Below are positions 1 to 22,636 of a stretch of DNA of 64,000 nucleotides, one piece after another. Both the position numbers and the translations under genes were made by a program. The stretch spans positions 2,356,001 to 2,420,000 of the forward strand of contig CM022670.1 in assembly GCA_012295275.1 (NCBI GenBank). Direction: 5' to 3'. The DNA comes from Chrysomallon squamiferum (lineage: Eukaryota > Animalia > Mollusca). The notes under the pieces are model-generated. The model did not search any database. It was given only the letters and a program-made list of their open reading frames with translations, and was not told where the DNA came from. Positions within the stretch are counted from its first letter, which is position 1, and each line of letters begins with the position of its first letter.

Positions 1-313
1 AGTAGTAAAAATAATAAAACAGTATTATTAGTAAATTATAATAAAATCTTAATAAAAATAGTAATAACATAAAACTGCTGTAGTAATACTAACAGTAGTA
101 GTATTAGTAATAACAATATTTAACAATATTACAGAAATAATAATATTTATAACAACTTCAGTAGTAGTAAAGATAATAATAATTACAATAAAAAAAATAT
201 ATATTATCATTGCTTCTACGTAAATAAAAAAAAACAATGTTATTTCTACAACAAGTACCACTACTACAGTTCAAATTAACACTAATAATTATAATCAAGA
301 GGACAAAACAAAC

Positions 314-1559
314 CTTTCTTTCGCTAATATTACAGACACTCCTATGAGTTGTGCCATTTCTTCTGCTGTTAAGGAATTTTTTTTCTCCACCTTAAAATAA
401 ATAAATTATAGTTTTTAAAAAACAATTGTGAATTCAGGTATGAAAAGAAAAGCCATGATATCAAGAAAATAAGTTGTTAAATTTCAGCATAAAAAATAAA
501 CTTTGGAACATGCTACACATTTCTGACAAATGATAAAGTAAAAAGCATGTTTGTTGGAATGTTATGCACAGTTTCTGTTTTTGCTAATTATTAATAATTC
601 TGAATTTAAAAAAAAAAAAAATGTAAAAAGTTCAGCATATCATCTAAAATAAATAAATATAAAAATAAAAATAAATGAATACCATAATAATAAGACAAAA
701 ATAAATAAATATGTAAATTAAAAAGTATGTAAGTAAAAAAGTAAATAAATAAAGAAAGAAAGAAATTAAATTTTTAAAATGAAATGTGATATTTGTGCAA
801 AAATTTATTCAATCACATATGTGCCATTTTGTTCAGCTTTCAAATATCTATATATGCCATACATTTCAGTCACATGTGAAATGAAATCACATGCTCAAAT
901 GCCACCAACTGAAAAACCCCTCTATAACAATTTATTCCAAGCCAATAAATAACAAACACACACCAATTCACTTGTCTTTGTAATCACTTCTTCCTCATTG
1001 TGAGTTTGAACCTGTAGCACCATCACACCACTGTCAAATGTACGTAACCTAATAAAATATTGTGAAAACAATGTTAATTAAAACACTCATCAATAATGTA
1101 TTGTTAAACAAAGACAGATGTAGCTGACCCATTATATAAAACATAAGTTGGCTGAATGTAAATATAATCAGACACAGAGGTACATTAGGATACTGTAACT
1201 GTAAAACATGGTGAAAAAAAAAACACCAAAAAAAAAAAAAAAAACCCACAGAGGATCAAGTCTAATATTTTATCTTTTATTTTTGTGTGTGTGTGTGTGT
1301 GTATTAATATATACACACACATTTATTTAAATCTACCAAGCAGGACAGTTACACTCACAGTTGTAAGACTAGAAACACAAACATATCACACTGATAAAAT
1401 TTGGTTTAGAATTATTACCTGACTGGTAATCGTAATAACTCCATTAATTCACAGCTGTGTAAGAGATCTTCAGGCGACAACAACTGCAAATTTATGAAGT
1501 GAAGTAAAAAAAAAGATTAAATAAAAAATAAAGTCAACTTGCATATAACCTACCTAATA

Positions 1560-1590
<31 letters not shown>

Positions 1591-2647
1591 ATTTAAAAAA
1601 AATTAAAATAATTAAAATAAATATAGAAGAAAAAAAGAAAATTAAAAATAAGAAAAAAAGATTAATCAGTAAATAATATAAATCTTGTAAAGTACAGATC
1701 AAAGATAAAAATATTATAGTACATATCCATTCAAGATATTATAATGAATAAAAATGTACTTCTGATTATAATGATGAGTCAATACACAAAAGAATAATGT
1801 AAAAAAATATTCAATAATTTTGTTAAGCACACAAATACTACCATGTGTAAATTTGCTAATTTTGTTTACTTTTGCTTTATACCAAGATAATCAATAAAGA
1901 ATTGTTTGCTGTGATAACCTCACAAGAGAAAGGAACATAACAGAATAATAAAAAATAAAAATTAAATTATATATAGAATTATGGGAATAAGAATACTGAA
2001 GAAAAAATATTAAACAACTGAAAAGTGTTTTGTAAATGCTTGGGATAAGGTGACTTGAAGAAAAAGGTGCTATGTTGTGTTTTGGGTATTATTTATAACA
2101 AAGTATTTTGCACATACAGGGGTGTAAGCAAGCATTAGTTAAAAAAGAGGAAAATTTCAAGTAACACAAAATTTAATATAAGATTTTCTTGCAGCAAAAT
2201 GTATTTTTTTCAAGTACCATTTGTAACAATGCAGGAAAGCAGTGTGTAGTATCTTTGTGTTTCCTGTGTCAAGATTTCATTTCAGGTTCTTATGTTTTTA
2301 AAAAATCAGAATAAAAAATGAATAGGAGGAAACTATTTTTTGAGGGAAGAAATATATTTCAAAAAGGGCAGATTTACGAATTTTGGTAGACACTATTGCT
2401 ATGTCACTATTTTACAGTATTTTAGTAATTAAAAACTCACCTCCATACCACGAGCTCTGTTCACCCTGCAGTACACATCAGTGAGTGTCATCATCCCACC
2501 AAACTCCTAAACACATAATAACAGTAACATTACCAGCAGTAGTACCAGTAGTATCGTAATAGTAGTAATAGTACTAGTATTGTAGTAGGAATAGTATAAT
2601 ACTATTAATAGTCACAGTACAGTAGTAATGGTAGAAATAATAACAGC

Positions 2648-2684
<37 letters not shown>

Positions 2685-3039
2685 TAACTAAAACAACAAT
2701 AACAATAATGATTTTATTACATGATGACAAAAAAAATAAGAGTAAAAATTATCCACATAATTATCACTGAGAAAGATAACTTCTTCTAGTGGTTACAGTG
2801 GAGACAACCTATTTACTTTAGACAGAATCTAATCACTGAAAATAACAGACAAGTAACTAACCTCTATTGGTTTTTCTAACACTGACACCAGTTCACGAGC
2901 CAGGCTGGCGTAGTATTTGTCACCAGTTCCATGTGTCTCACGAGTCACTGGGTTAGGAATTCCCATACTCAGCAAATACGACTTGAACCTGACAGTCTGA
3001 ATGAATGTGGAATAAATAAATTAATTAATTTAATTAAAT

Positions 3040-3070
<31 letters not shown>

Positions 3071-6000
3071 AAAAGTAAAATAAATTTTTTTTAAAATAAA
3101 TTAATTAAATTATATTAAAAAAAATTTTAAATAAATAAAATAAAAGTAAAATAACTAATAAATAAATAAATAGACAAAAAAAAACACACACACCAAAATA
3201 ATAACTAATAAACAAATTAATTAATTAACAAGCAGAGAGAAAAAAAACACAAAAAAACCTAACACATTGAAACAACTAATAAATAAATAAATTAAAAAAC
3301 AAAAACAAAAAGCCAATGTGGTAACTTAATTTTCGTTTAAATGTATGTATCTTTCTAAAATCCTTTGCTATAATATATAAAATAAAATATAATTAATTAT
3401 AAATAACAATTTATTCGGCACATACACACAAAGCAATCATAACTCATACATGAAACAATGTATGTATGTATGTGCCTACAAAAATGCTTTACACACACAC
3501 GCACAGAAACACATATACAGATACTAGTTACCTCATCTTCAGTTATGTCTCCTTGTTTCTCTTTTATTTTTGCTGCTATTGTCTTTGAGAGATTCACCAT
3601 ATCCTTAGCCTGTAAATTGAAACAATTTACTAGTTATGTAAAGAAGCAAAGATTTTATTGTCTATTCTTTGACCACATCTTTCAGCTGTTTAAACAGTCT
3701 GGCTAATTATATCAGTGGAGGTAAGTTTTGTGTTCATTTGTTTTACACACTATACATTAAGAAGCAAATTCAGTTATAGATATACAGCAATGCATACATA
3801 CATCCATTATAAAATGCTGATACACATAATACATATTACATATATACATACAGTACACACACACACACACACACACATCACAAACATTACACACATACAC
3901 ACACAAATTTGAATTGGTTTTGTATTTAGTTTTCTTCTTGTAGTCTATATATTTACCTAAATAACATACTAGACAAAACAAAGTAAATCTGGGTTTTTCA
4001 GTCAATAATTTACCTTCTCCATCAGTTTACTCAAATCTTCAAAAGCACCAGAAATATTTTTACTAGTTGCTTTGTATTTTTCTTGAATTGATCTTTCAAT
4101 ACCAACTATACCAGGCCTGTGTCTTGGTTGCTGTAATCAATACAAAAAATATGTATATATTAATAATAATGACATCCACATGAAATATACTGTTTCTAAT
4201 GTGAAGTTCGTTAACTGTTTTTATTAATCTGTTGACCTGATTGAAAGTCTTACATTCTACATACATTTTGATACCGTGCAGTACATAGTACAAAATTAAT
4301 CACTAAAATATTATTATGAAATATCAGTTATATTACCATAATATTTTTTTGCTAAAATTACTATAATAATTTTTTTTTTCCCTTTTTTTTAAATAGGTAT
4401 TTACTGATGCTAGAGAATAGTCATATTTAATTTATATTAACTAAAAGGTTTGTTTATTTGGATATTTACTCCATTTTATTATGAAGATCTTTTACACAGT
4501 AATTTAATACTGACAATTACAGATTTTTTTTTTTTTAAATAAGTTCTCTGAACACGAATTAATAAAAACTGTATTCTCCATTGATTGCTGTCATTAATAT
4601 TTTTCTATAATAAATTATTATTTGGAGAAGACTCAGAATTTAAAAAAAAATTTATGAATTTACATTTGAATTTTGTCTTAAAACTGTAATAAATTTTTTT
4701 TTTTTTTTTTTTTTTTTACCAAAAACAAATAATGTCTACTTGATTATTCAGGAGATATATAGAGTAATTCTAAATCATTATGACCTGAAAGTTGATTACA
4801 AAATTACCTTTGCTTCTGCTGGTAGCAGGCTGGCAGCTGGCTTTTCCCATCTTCTGTTCTTCAGTTCCTCTAAAAATGCTCGGTAAAACTAAGAAAGAAA
4901 AAAATATTTAAAAAAAAACTCCAATACAATATGGAAATACTTAAATCAATTTTTATTAGCTTCTAAAAATAATAATAATAATAATAAAAATATTAAAACA
5001 AAATAACAATAATATTAATAATATTGGAATAAAATTCATTGAGATTTTAAAGTGAAATTCAAAGATAATATTTAGATATTTATACATACATTTATTCAAC
5101 TGCATATGTGCCATTTTGTTTTCTTTCAAAATATGTGTGTATATCATATATTTCAGTCAAATATGAAACACCTATATAAACTTTTGTTCTAACCCAATAA
5201 TTATTGAATTAATCTTAAACAAGACTTAAATATGTGTGTGTGTGTGAGTGTGTGTGTGATTTATAATAATTAACAAGATTCTGGGCTTAATGAATTCATT
5301 ATGGAGAAATAATCCTTAGAGCCTTCATATCTTAACATAACTATACTAATATGGGAACCTACACTTCAAAAATCAATAAGAAATAATTTTCAAAATTTTA
5401 CTCACTTCTCTCTGACCAGCCTCACGAAATGACAGACGTATATAACTATGACGACTGTGTGTTACAGGACCAGCTGGCTTGTTTGGTGCTGGTGAACTCA
5501 AATGTACAATGATTTTGGCACTGAAAAGAAGAACATGACAACTATTAAATTTGTTATTTTTTATTCAAAAATGTGGGGTTTTTTATTTAACTTTTTAACT
5601 AAAGAAAGAAAGAAAGAATTTTGTTGTTTTTAAAAAAGAATGCTATAGTTGTCTTCAGTTAGGCAACTTGAGGAATAATCACTATTAAATGTTTCTGTAA
5701 TGAATTCCAGACTATTTAAAGAAACAAAAACATTTTTAAAAATTATTATTATTTCTATTTTTACCATCTTTAACATATATATTTATTATTATGTGATTAG
5801 TGAACAAAAGTGAATTTGATTGAAAATAAACAAATAATTAATTAACTTCTATTTTACCTTTTAGCAAATCCTGAAGCTTGCTCTTCCAGGTGTATGACAA
5901 GCGACAGTGGCAATGCTATAACACAGTTCTAGAAATAAAAACAAATTATTGAAAATAAAATAAAAAATAAATAGTTAGTGATATTAATAATAAAAATTAT

Positions 6001-6338
6001 TTCGAAAAAATATATAAAATAATCACAAATATGAATTTGGAATCATTATGGATACCTACATAATTTTAAAATAACAAATAATTTATTGTTTCTCCATAAA
6101 GTTAAGAATGTTCAGAAACGAATTAATTTACTGTCTGGTATATTATTTTGTTTTGTTTGGGGGGGGGTTAACATCATTAAAATTAAATCAATTTGTAATA
6201 TATGAAAATTATATTGAAAATATTCTGTTTAAATAAAACTCACCCTCTGTATGTGATCTTTCCAAATTAATCTGTGTGTTGTAAGAGATAAAACACCATT
6301 TTCAAACGATGTCTGTAACATGAAAATATGCAGTAAGT

Positions 6339-6372
<34 letters not shown>

Positions 6373-6919
6373 GTTGATCAATATTAACACACTGAAAACA
6401 TTCTGAAAACAATATATACATAACTTTAATTAAAAGCTAATCTTTAACCAGTCCCCAACATTAAAATTAATCTTTAACCTAACCCTCAGAGTCAGATGCT
6501 GAATACGGACGTTTTAGCAACTGTCAAAATTCACATATAAAGATATATGTCACTAGCACATGTGGCAGGAAAATTATAGGCAGGCTATACACCAAATAGC
6601 CTTCACGTTTATTTTTAAGAGGTATGAAACATTTACCCTACTACAAAAATATTAATCTAGTCTTTCTGGTTGGCAGATTGAGTCTGGTGAAACAGAGCAT
6701 TAATTTTCATCAATAGGTAGGCAACAACTTCGTGGAATGTGAAGTTGCGCTTTTTATTCTATTTATCTATTTTGTTGTTGATTTCTCAAACATAAATTAG
6801 TAATAAAATTAAATCTATAGTACTTTATCATTTCCATCATAAATTGCAACACCAGTTTGATGTTCGACTAAATTTTCTACACTTAGAAATGCATCATCAG
6901 TCCATTCCCACCTATCCAT
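314..6919 (-). CDS. VPS36: ESCRT-II subunit VPS36 (EAP45), 12 exons in window, last exon(s) beyond the left edge
   Basis: GT-AG exons 6824-6919, 6244-6312, 5858-5928, 5406-5520, 4808-4888, 4014-4130, 3532-3609, 2862-2996, 2441-2506, 1419-1483, 964-1048 and 314-390 join in frame. Translation: [32 protein letters not shown] / [19 protein letters not shown] (GLUE domain) ... [26 protein letters not shown] ... [20 protein letters not shown] ... [27 protein letters not shown] ... [12 protein letters not shown]. These match recalled metazoan VPS36 motifs. Confidence 0.96.
804..880 (+). repeat. Dispersed repeat fragment, copy 1, in a VPS36 intron
   Basis: TTTATTCAA..CATATGTGCCATTTTGTT..CTTTCAAA....ATTTCAGTCA.AT.TGAAA recurs at 5091-5168. 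Confidence 0.7.
5091..5168 (+). repeat. Dispersed repeat fragment, copy 2, in a VPS36 intron
   Basis: Similar to 804-880 in the same orientation. Confidence 0.7.
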
Positions 6920-7133
6920 TTTATGTATTTATGATTAATGTATTGTGACTGGTCTCCAATCGCTTTTAAGATATTAGCGTAGCAATGTAGGAAATTAGTA
7001 TTAATAGACTGGTAAAGGCAAATAGTTTTGTTTTCTTCCTAGCAAGACGCATCAATTTATAAGCAATCGGTCTTTTAATCCGAAGGTTAAAGAAGTGTCG
7101 TAGGACGATCACGTATCGCAAGAAACGAGCAAA
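6920..7133. promoter_or_regulatory. Putative bidirectional promoter between VPS36 and the COX7B-like gene
   Basis: Divergent ATGs at 6919 (-) and 7134 (+) are separated by 214 bp. The interval is locally CpG-enriched relative to the CpG-poor introns. Confidence 0.7.
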
Positions 7134-8975
7134 ATGCTTTCGAAAGTCGTCCCTGTTAGCAGATCTTTGGCTTTAGTTAGCCGTAAGTTACATGTTTTGA
7201 TACTTTTATTAGTTTCTGTGATATTTATTGTAATTAAACCGGACAACTTTAAAAAATTAAGAGTTACGACTAACGTTGTAATTTGTCAAGCTGCGATTAT
7301 TTTGTTGTCGTGCACATTACAATGTCGGATACAGTTTATTGTAATTAGTTTAAAAGCAAAAATAATTTTTCTGAATAATTATACATATATTTTATGAAGA
7401 ACATATATATTTTTTGTTATCCATTGGAATGTGAAGTTTAAATGTTTGTAATTGTTCAAGTAAATTGTTCAAGTAAAATGTTCAAACTGACCTTTGACTT
7501 TGAGGCTTTGTTACTATTGGTGTCATATTGATATTAATATTATTATGAGATGTTCATTCAAGGAAAAGTAATTTAATCATATAAAATATTTTATATAAGA
7601 CAAAATCATTTAAATAATGGATCTCTGAAATTTCGCACTGTGTGACAATTACGTTTCCTAAGTTTCCAAAGGTCATGGTATGTCAGTATGATGTAATTTA
7701 CCCATACTATTAAGTATTGTAGTAATATACTAATACGATTTATAGTCATACGATTTATTAATTTTAAGCTATTGCTTTGTCTAAAATTATAAAATAAATG
7801 TTTTTAGAATTTGAAAACATCTTTTTTATTTTTGTTACATATTAGTGACATAACCAGCTTGTTATTTCAGTTTAATTTAAGATAAACATTTGACAGATTT
7901 TGTTATTTTTACAACTAAAATTATTTAAATATGCTTTACTTCCTCAAAAGTATCAAATAATTTTATAAGCTAACTTATACCTAATCTGAATTTTGATTTC
8001 ATGTGTATATAACATTTATTTATTAAATCCTTTTTAAAAATAATTGAAGATATATATAAATTTCACTGGCACATAATAATAAATTTGAACAATCTGAATG
8101 CATTCCAAGAGAATTCTGAAAAAAGAACATACTTTTCTCAAGTATTTTTTATTATTTGCTGTTTAACTTTCTAGGTTAAAAACAGGTATAATGTTGTAAA
8201 AACATATTACTTTAAAACAAGTCATTAGATGATTTTAATCTTTTTAAAAATGTGTGTTTCTCTTAGGTTTCCAACCAGCACGATGCATGAGTGCACACGC
8301 CCCAGCACACTGGAAATCTGATCGTGAGATTGCAGCAGAACATCAATGTACCATGGACTACATGCCTATTCCATCTGGATCTTGGCAAGAGCAGTATGAT
8401 AAGACCAATGCCAAGTACAATGTGTATCTGGCTCTGGCCTCAATGGTTTTTATAGGCACAGTTTTTGCTGTAAGTTATGTTTTGAATGGTAACATTTATT
8501 TAAACCTCATCTGAAATTTTAGTTTTTCTGTTTTTCTTTTTCATAATTAGTTTTGTTTCGATTACATTTTAAAATGTTGTATCTTTAGTAAATGTATTTA
8601 CCAAAAATTGGAATGATTACTGTTTTGGATGATAATAAATCTCTTAATATTTTTCATTGAAATTGATACATTTTAGAAATCTAGTTTCAACTGAATTTTT
8701 AAAACAAATTTAAGTTTTCTTAGGCGAAGTTGAGTTACAAATAAGTTTCAGATTTAGTTTTTATGCTGTCATGAAATAAAATGGATTACTGTTAAAGTTT
8801 TTTTTCAGGAGTTGTTATAATGTTAGATTTATCAATTAAACTAAAAACATTTATCAAATAAAACTATAATCATTGTGGATATTGTATATTTTTGTTGTTC
8901 ATACAGGTCAAGAAAACCAATGCCATGTACCTGCACTCACGTCCTAACTTGAAGAATTACCAGCCCCCACAGTAA
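7134..8975 (+). CDS. Stand-alone COX7B-like protein (prag01/Deltameth_res family, Drosophila CG7630-like), 106 aa, 3 exons
   Basis: Exons 7134-7182, 8267-8469 and 8907-8975 (GT-AG, 321 nt) give MLSKVVPVSRSLALVSRFQPARCMSAHAPAHWKSDREIAAEHQCTMDYMPIPSGSWQEQYDKTNAKYNVYLALASMVFIGTVFAVKKTNAMYLHSRPNLKNYQPPQ*. It has a basic presequence, a TMDxxPxPxGxW...NAKYN motif and one TM helix, resembling CG7630 (recalled STMNDLPVPAGDW...KNAKYN), which is reported as the fly COX7B homologue. AATAAA at 9466-9471. Confidence 0.88.
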
Positions 8976-11109
8976 AATGTACCTCGGATTGAAAGACATT
9001 ACGGCATGTTCAGAAGTGAATGCAGAGTGACAATGAAGAATTAGACAAAACAATTGATTGTAATTAAGTGATATTTAAGTTGACATTATTTTGGGGTTTT
9101 AATCTCAATAACCAGCAAACAAACAAAAACTGTGTTTTTAATTCTTCACTTTTTTTTTTTTTTTTTTTAATGTAGTGTGTATACATTGTGGCGATAACCT
9201 TGAATAAAAAAAGAGAAAAGTTTTCAGTTTTTTTCTCTTTAGTTGACAGCAATATCTCAGTAGATCTGGTAAACTATTTTTTATTTTTAAAATCAGATAG
9301 GGTCATCGAATTTAAAAAAAAAATTACTTAAGTATAATCAGATGATATTCTTGACTTGAGAAAAAAAAAGAGAAGCCTTTTTTATCGTTAATAGTGCATT
9401 ATATTTGCTTATGCACACTTGGTTTAGATGAGATTTGTGGACATTTTTAAAACTAGTAATGTCAGAATAAATGTATACATTAAATGAAATTTTATCTGCA
9501 TTTTGTTACATTCTAATCTGGTAATTAACATCTTTATATTTATCTTGTCAGAATGTTTATTTAAAAACTTAATAAACTAGGTTTGAACTTTCTGATCAGT
9601 CTTAATTACTTTGAAAATAAAAATGTGCCTGTGTGCCAAATAATACTGACCACTACAATTACTGACATAGATGGTTAAATTACTTGACATTTAATTCAAT
9701 CTTAGGTAACTAAACCAGTTGTTTCTTGTAAATTTGAAGAAACTTCTGTTAGTCACAGTTTGCTAGTACTAGCAGTTCCTGACAGCAAGAAGTGGCAAAT
9801 AATTTCCTTAAAGATTTGAAATATGGTTTACAAGAAAATCTAATGCCATTGTCTCCTGGATTAATAGATTTGTCATTGGTAGTTGGACTAATAATTACTA
9901 TTCGGCTTGTGCAAACAATAACAAACAGATAATTTATATACAAAATAATTTATTTTCTACAGTACAGTCAATTAGAAAAACAGGATTGTTCAGAGTGTGA
10001 CATTATTTGCTAATCACAACAAATTAAACTACTGATTTCTCTTACAAAATTCTATAATCTGTTTCAAACATAATATCCAGATAAATAGCTTGCTAGACTC
10101 TGGACACAAACATAGCTCTATCTGTTTAATTACAATAATTTTTTGGTAAAATTTGAACTTGACTTTATATCCTTTTTCCAAAACTTCTTCCATGATTTAG
10201 CATATCTTATGTTAAAAGATTTATGTAATGTGTTTAGTGATTATAAAAAGAATAATAAAAAAAACCCACCATATTTGTCAAAACTTCTGAGGATTTACCA
10301 AATTAACAAGTACTATGATGTAGCTACTAATGACATTAAAGTTAGTGTAACAATATTATAAGCAGTTTCTATGTTCAACAGGATACATTTAATCATTGGT
10401 CTTTGAATAAAAAATGAAATAAAAAAGGTTTGTTTAGAATGATTATACAAGATCAAAAATGATAATTATTCTAGTAAGATCAATTTTCCCAAAGTACACA
10501 ATATTTTGACCTGCAAAATCATTTAACATTAATTATTTTTGTTGCAATTTTTATCACAGAAATACTTTTAGAGTTTTAGAAAAGTAATGCTGTTAAATTC
10601 TGGACCCATCCTTCCTCTCTGAAAAATATTCAGATAACTGAAACCAATTTCTTACCAGAACCATATGATTTTTCTAATGTCACAATCTTAATTTTATTCA
10701 AAGTAAAATATTACTGAACTGAAAAAAAATGGATAAAAGACATTAAAATAAATATGAAGAAATGGTTTTGTTTATGATTGCAACTTCATATAGAAAACAA
10801 AGAGGTAACTCTTATTATTAAAAACTGACACCTTATAAACCCACGATTAATACATAAATAACTGCTTAAAAACTTTCATCTGAACTTACTTTTTTGTAGG
10901 TCCCTGCTATGGATTAAAATAAATTAATAATCCAACTGACTTTCCTTCTATATAATATATATCAAAAATTTATAGAAATAATCTTAGTGCATTTAATGTA
11001 TCAAAATTGTGTAAAATTTGTCAAAATATTCCAGTCGAGTAAATTCTTTGCGTGAGAATGTTTTTAAGAATTACACATTATAAAAAGATGCCTATTAAGT
11101 CCTTTGTTA

Positions 11110-18936
<7,827 letters not shown>

Positions 18937-19590
18937 TTTAGCAGAACGCTATTTCATGAACCGGAACAAATAAAACATTTCCGTCTGTGTAAAATGCAAA
19001 AATGCGAATGAAACCCGGACCGGATTTCTCTTAAATAATTGAATAAAATAAATTTATTATTTAAAGAGATTTACAAGTTGAACAGTAATAAAATAAAATT
19101 TAAAAAAAAAAAAAAAAAAAAACAAAATGTTATTATTATTACTATTAGTAATAAAAATATTTTTGGAATTTATAAATCTTAACCAAGGATGATAAATAAA
19201 TTAAAGTCACAGCTGATATCTGCATTATAAGCTTGTCATTTTGTAATAATATTTGCACTTATTTATTATTGATCTATTTTATGAGTTTCTTGAAGCCTTT
19301 GTGATGTATAACACTAATAGTGATCATCATTATTATGGATATTGTACAATAGAACTGTGTAAAAGTATGCAGCTTTATGTATCATTGAAATATTTACCAT
19401 ATCTCTGAAATAAGATGCTACGGGTTTCACGATTAAACTCCCTCAGTATTTATACACATATTTTTTCCATTCCAGCCAGAACTCTATAAATAGTTTATCA
19501 AATGTCATAGTATATGTTTTCCTTGCTAGTGGTTAATAGCAATAATGGTCTATGTGCTGACAAAGGATGATCATTAATAAGTAAATATGA

Positions 19591-20230
19591 CACCTAGCAA
19601 CAGCTGATTGGAAATTACTTGCAAGATATGTCTATCAACAGATCTGCTGGAGAAATTTGACATTCTGGACAAAACCTGACTTTCGAGAAGTTTTCTCTTT
19701 TGACCAAATGAATCGTATTTTCACCAGAGACCTGAACCTCATTTCTGATGAAATTGCCACATTTAAGAAGAGTGCAATATCAGAATCTGTGTGGCTGGTG
19801 GTTAAGGCAACAATAAATACAAAATATATAGTCCATTACAATCAGATTATCACCACATGAAACTGCTGTTGATTGTTATGCATATCAAAAATGCCTTATT
19901 ATTATTATTATATATCTGTATAATGTCTTTGAAAGTTGTGACTGCTACAAAAAAAATAAAACTATATGTGATGAAGATGACTGGAGTAACATTTTTGATT
20001 CTGTTATCTCTATTAACACTGTAAAAGAAGAAAGGTGAGAATGATATTCTTCAAACAATAAACTGTACATATTAGAATCAGAAACTATTTTTTGACTACC
20101 ATTTAACCAAAAGTTAAAACTTCAGATTGACAAGAAAGCTGTTTGATGAAGAACTTGGAGAAATAAAAATGTCCAAAGTTATTTTTGATCTTTTTAAAAA
20201 TATTAATTTGAGTGATAAATATAATATTTC
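19591..20230 (+). pseudogene. Possible decayed intronless coding sequence of unknown origin
   Basis: An open frame of ~90 codons at 19591-19860 (HLATADWKLLARYVYQQICWRNLTFWTKPDFREVFSFDQMNRIF...) is followed by protein-like fragments in other frames with stops (LYNVFESCDCYKKNKTICDEDDWSNIFDSV; RKLFDEELGEIKMSKVIFDLF). No family recognised. Confidence 0.3.
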
Positions 20231-22636
20231 ATATTAATAAGTTAGGCTGTAGCTCTTGCAGCACAAGGCTGAAGTATGATAGATCACATGTATGATTCAT
20301 ACCCTGATGCTAGAGTTGACTTGTTTATTGTTTTCTTATTTACATATTATTATATTACTACCTGTATTATAATATTTTATATCAATGCTGCCTTTTAAAA
20401 ACATTTTAGAATAATTATTACTTAATTATACATGTATTTAAAATACTCCACACACAAATGATCATGGGGCAAAATTTAATGGTTGGAAAATACATATTTT
20501 AAACACTGTTTTGTGTTGTAAAACTATGAGATATTTTTCATTTCTATGAGAAATGATAAAGAAACTGACAGTGTTTCAGCATACTTTTTCATGGAATTCA
20601 CCGTCTATATATCACTGAATTCAGTTTCTTTTAAGTGTGTACACTGGTAAGCCAAATAATAAATTATTCTTCAAAGTTGATAATAAAACACAGACACATA
20701 ATAACAAAAATAGATATTTATTTAGTAAACTGTCGGTCACTTAAACAATATTCAGTTCTCAAAACAACTGAAATATTTTGGTATCTTTATATATATATAT
20801 ATTTGGCAGACACATGTTTTGAGGGTTTTTGGTTTCAAATTCAAAGCACTTAAAAAGCACAAAAAATATTATTCAACAGAACAATAAAAAATAATAATAA
20901 TTTTCAAAAATTCACTTTTGAAAACAAATAACAAAAAGTAAACAGAAGTTTTTCAAAAATGTTTAAAATGAATATTAAAATATTAATTAATTTTTGAAAT
21001 GCCAAAGGTAACTACAAAATAAACTTGTTTAATAAGAAAGTATTCAGAACAACTCATTTAATTATAAACATTATTATCTATTGGATTATGCTAAATTGTT
21101 TAAATTCAGATTTATTCTGTGCAATCATATATCTGCTGGTTTCTGATTTTATGAGCTTTAATTAACAATAGCAAATATGTAGACCTAAAATAATAGTATA
21201 TAACCAAATAAAGCTTAATTTATTCACCCTAAAGATCTTAGTGGTATATAGTATCTTGAAATAACTGTACATCACCAGTGAATATTTAATTTAGTCTCAT
21301 GAATGTAATCACTATACTGAGTGATAATGACTGCATCTGTGTGTAGACTGCTCATAATTCAAAGAGGTTGAATCACACTTACATTTATAGTGACTAATCC
21401 AGGTTTTTTTTTAGAATATATATTGGTCATTCCTGTTGTGGTGGGTACATTTTAGACAACCTCCAGAAATGCACCAGTATATATATATATATAAAAAGTA
21501 CCAACAGCTTCATTCGCATTGTTTAACCATTACAGGTTCTGATTGGCTTATTCATTTTTCTTTCACTTGCTCTTATGGCATTAAAAATAAGCTCTGATAA
21601 CTCTCCCTGGATCTATATCTAATCTACAGATTTGATTCTTCAAATGATGTGTATGTGTGCATATAATTATGTGGATAATTATACAGCTGTAACAGTTTAA
21701 ATTGACATATGACTAATATGCATCTGATAGTACTTTGATTTTATTAATTTTCTAACAGCTTGTTATTAACTGCTCACCCCACCATACTGTCAAAAAACTG
21801 AAAGCAGAAATATGAGGTGTTCTGAATGAATATGAAAGGTCTAAAGCAACAGAACTAGTGACCATCCAATGCTTTGATATATTTCTTTTGAAAGATCTTT
21901 GGCAGGACCTTATGTCTGAAAAAAAATGTGTATTGCATTAATTTACTTACATATTATTACTAATTACTGATTTTGCAACTGGAATAAAAGAAGTATGATG
22001 GATCAGTTTAATATTTGGAGATGATAAAAACGAAAGCCGATTTCAATTTCAGTCTGGAAAAGAAAATATGATGCTTCAGTGCATTTAAAAATGTAAAGCT
22101 GATGTCATTTTTGCAAAAGATACAAAATATTTGTACTTTGCATCTGAAAGAATAAATAGGTATTATATACCAAATATAACAGTTTGACATGCACAGTATT
22201 ACAAACTCTGAAAAAGAATGGTGTATGTGAATTTCTTAAAATTAGGTAATAAAAGTAATAAAAATAGTGGATTGTGCCATGGGAGACATTTTATATGAAA
22301 TAACCAATAAATTAAATAACAAATACTAAATAGTAATGTAAACTTCTAACGAAAACATAAATAGTTAACTGTAAACCTCAGCTGAGGAAATACCTTTTTA
22401 ATGAATTTATTTTTACCGGAAAAAAAACAACATCCATATTATTATGATTATGATTATTATTATTATTAATATTATTATTATTATTTCTTCTTCTATTTGA
22501 TAAATATGTACAAATTTCAATATCTCCTGTTGTAAAGAGAAAATGAATTAAAACCTTACTGCACTACTAATATATTATATTTAACCATGACTAATTCAAT
22601 GAATTATTTTAAAAAGCAAAGTTAAAGTATATACGT

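Noticed and set aside
7134-7397. 87-aa single-exon ORF in the ORF track
   Set aside because: Only the first 49 nt are exon 1 of the COX7B-like gene (donor C|GTAAG at 7183); the rest is intron read-through.
9749-9943. ORF between the COX7B-like gene and AIFM1, and a short hydrophobic frame on the opposite strand
   Set aside because: No recognisable homology or convincing splice context; it lies between two converging 3' ends.
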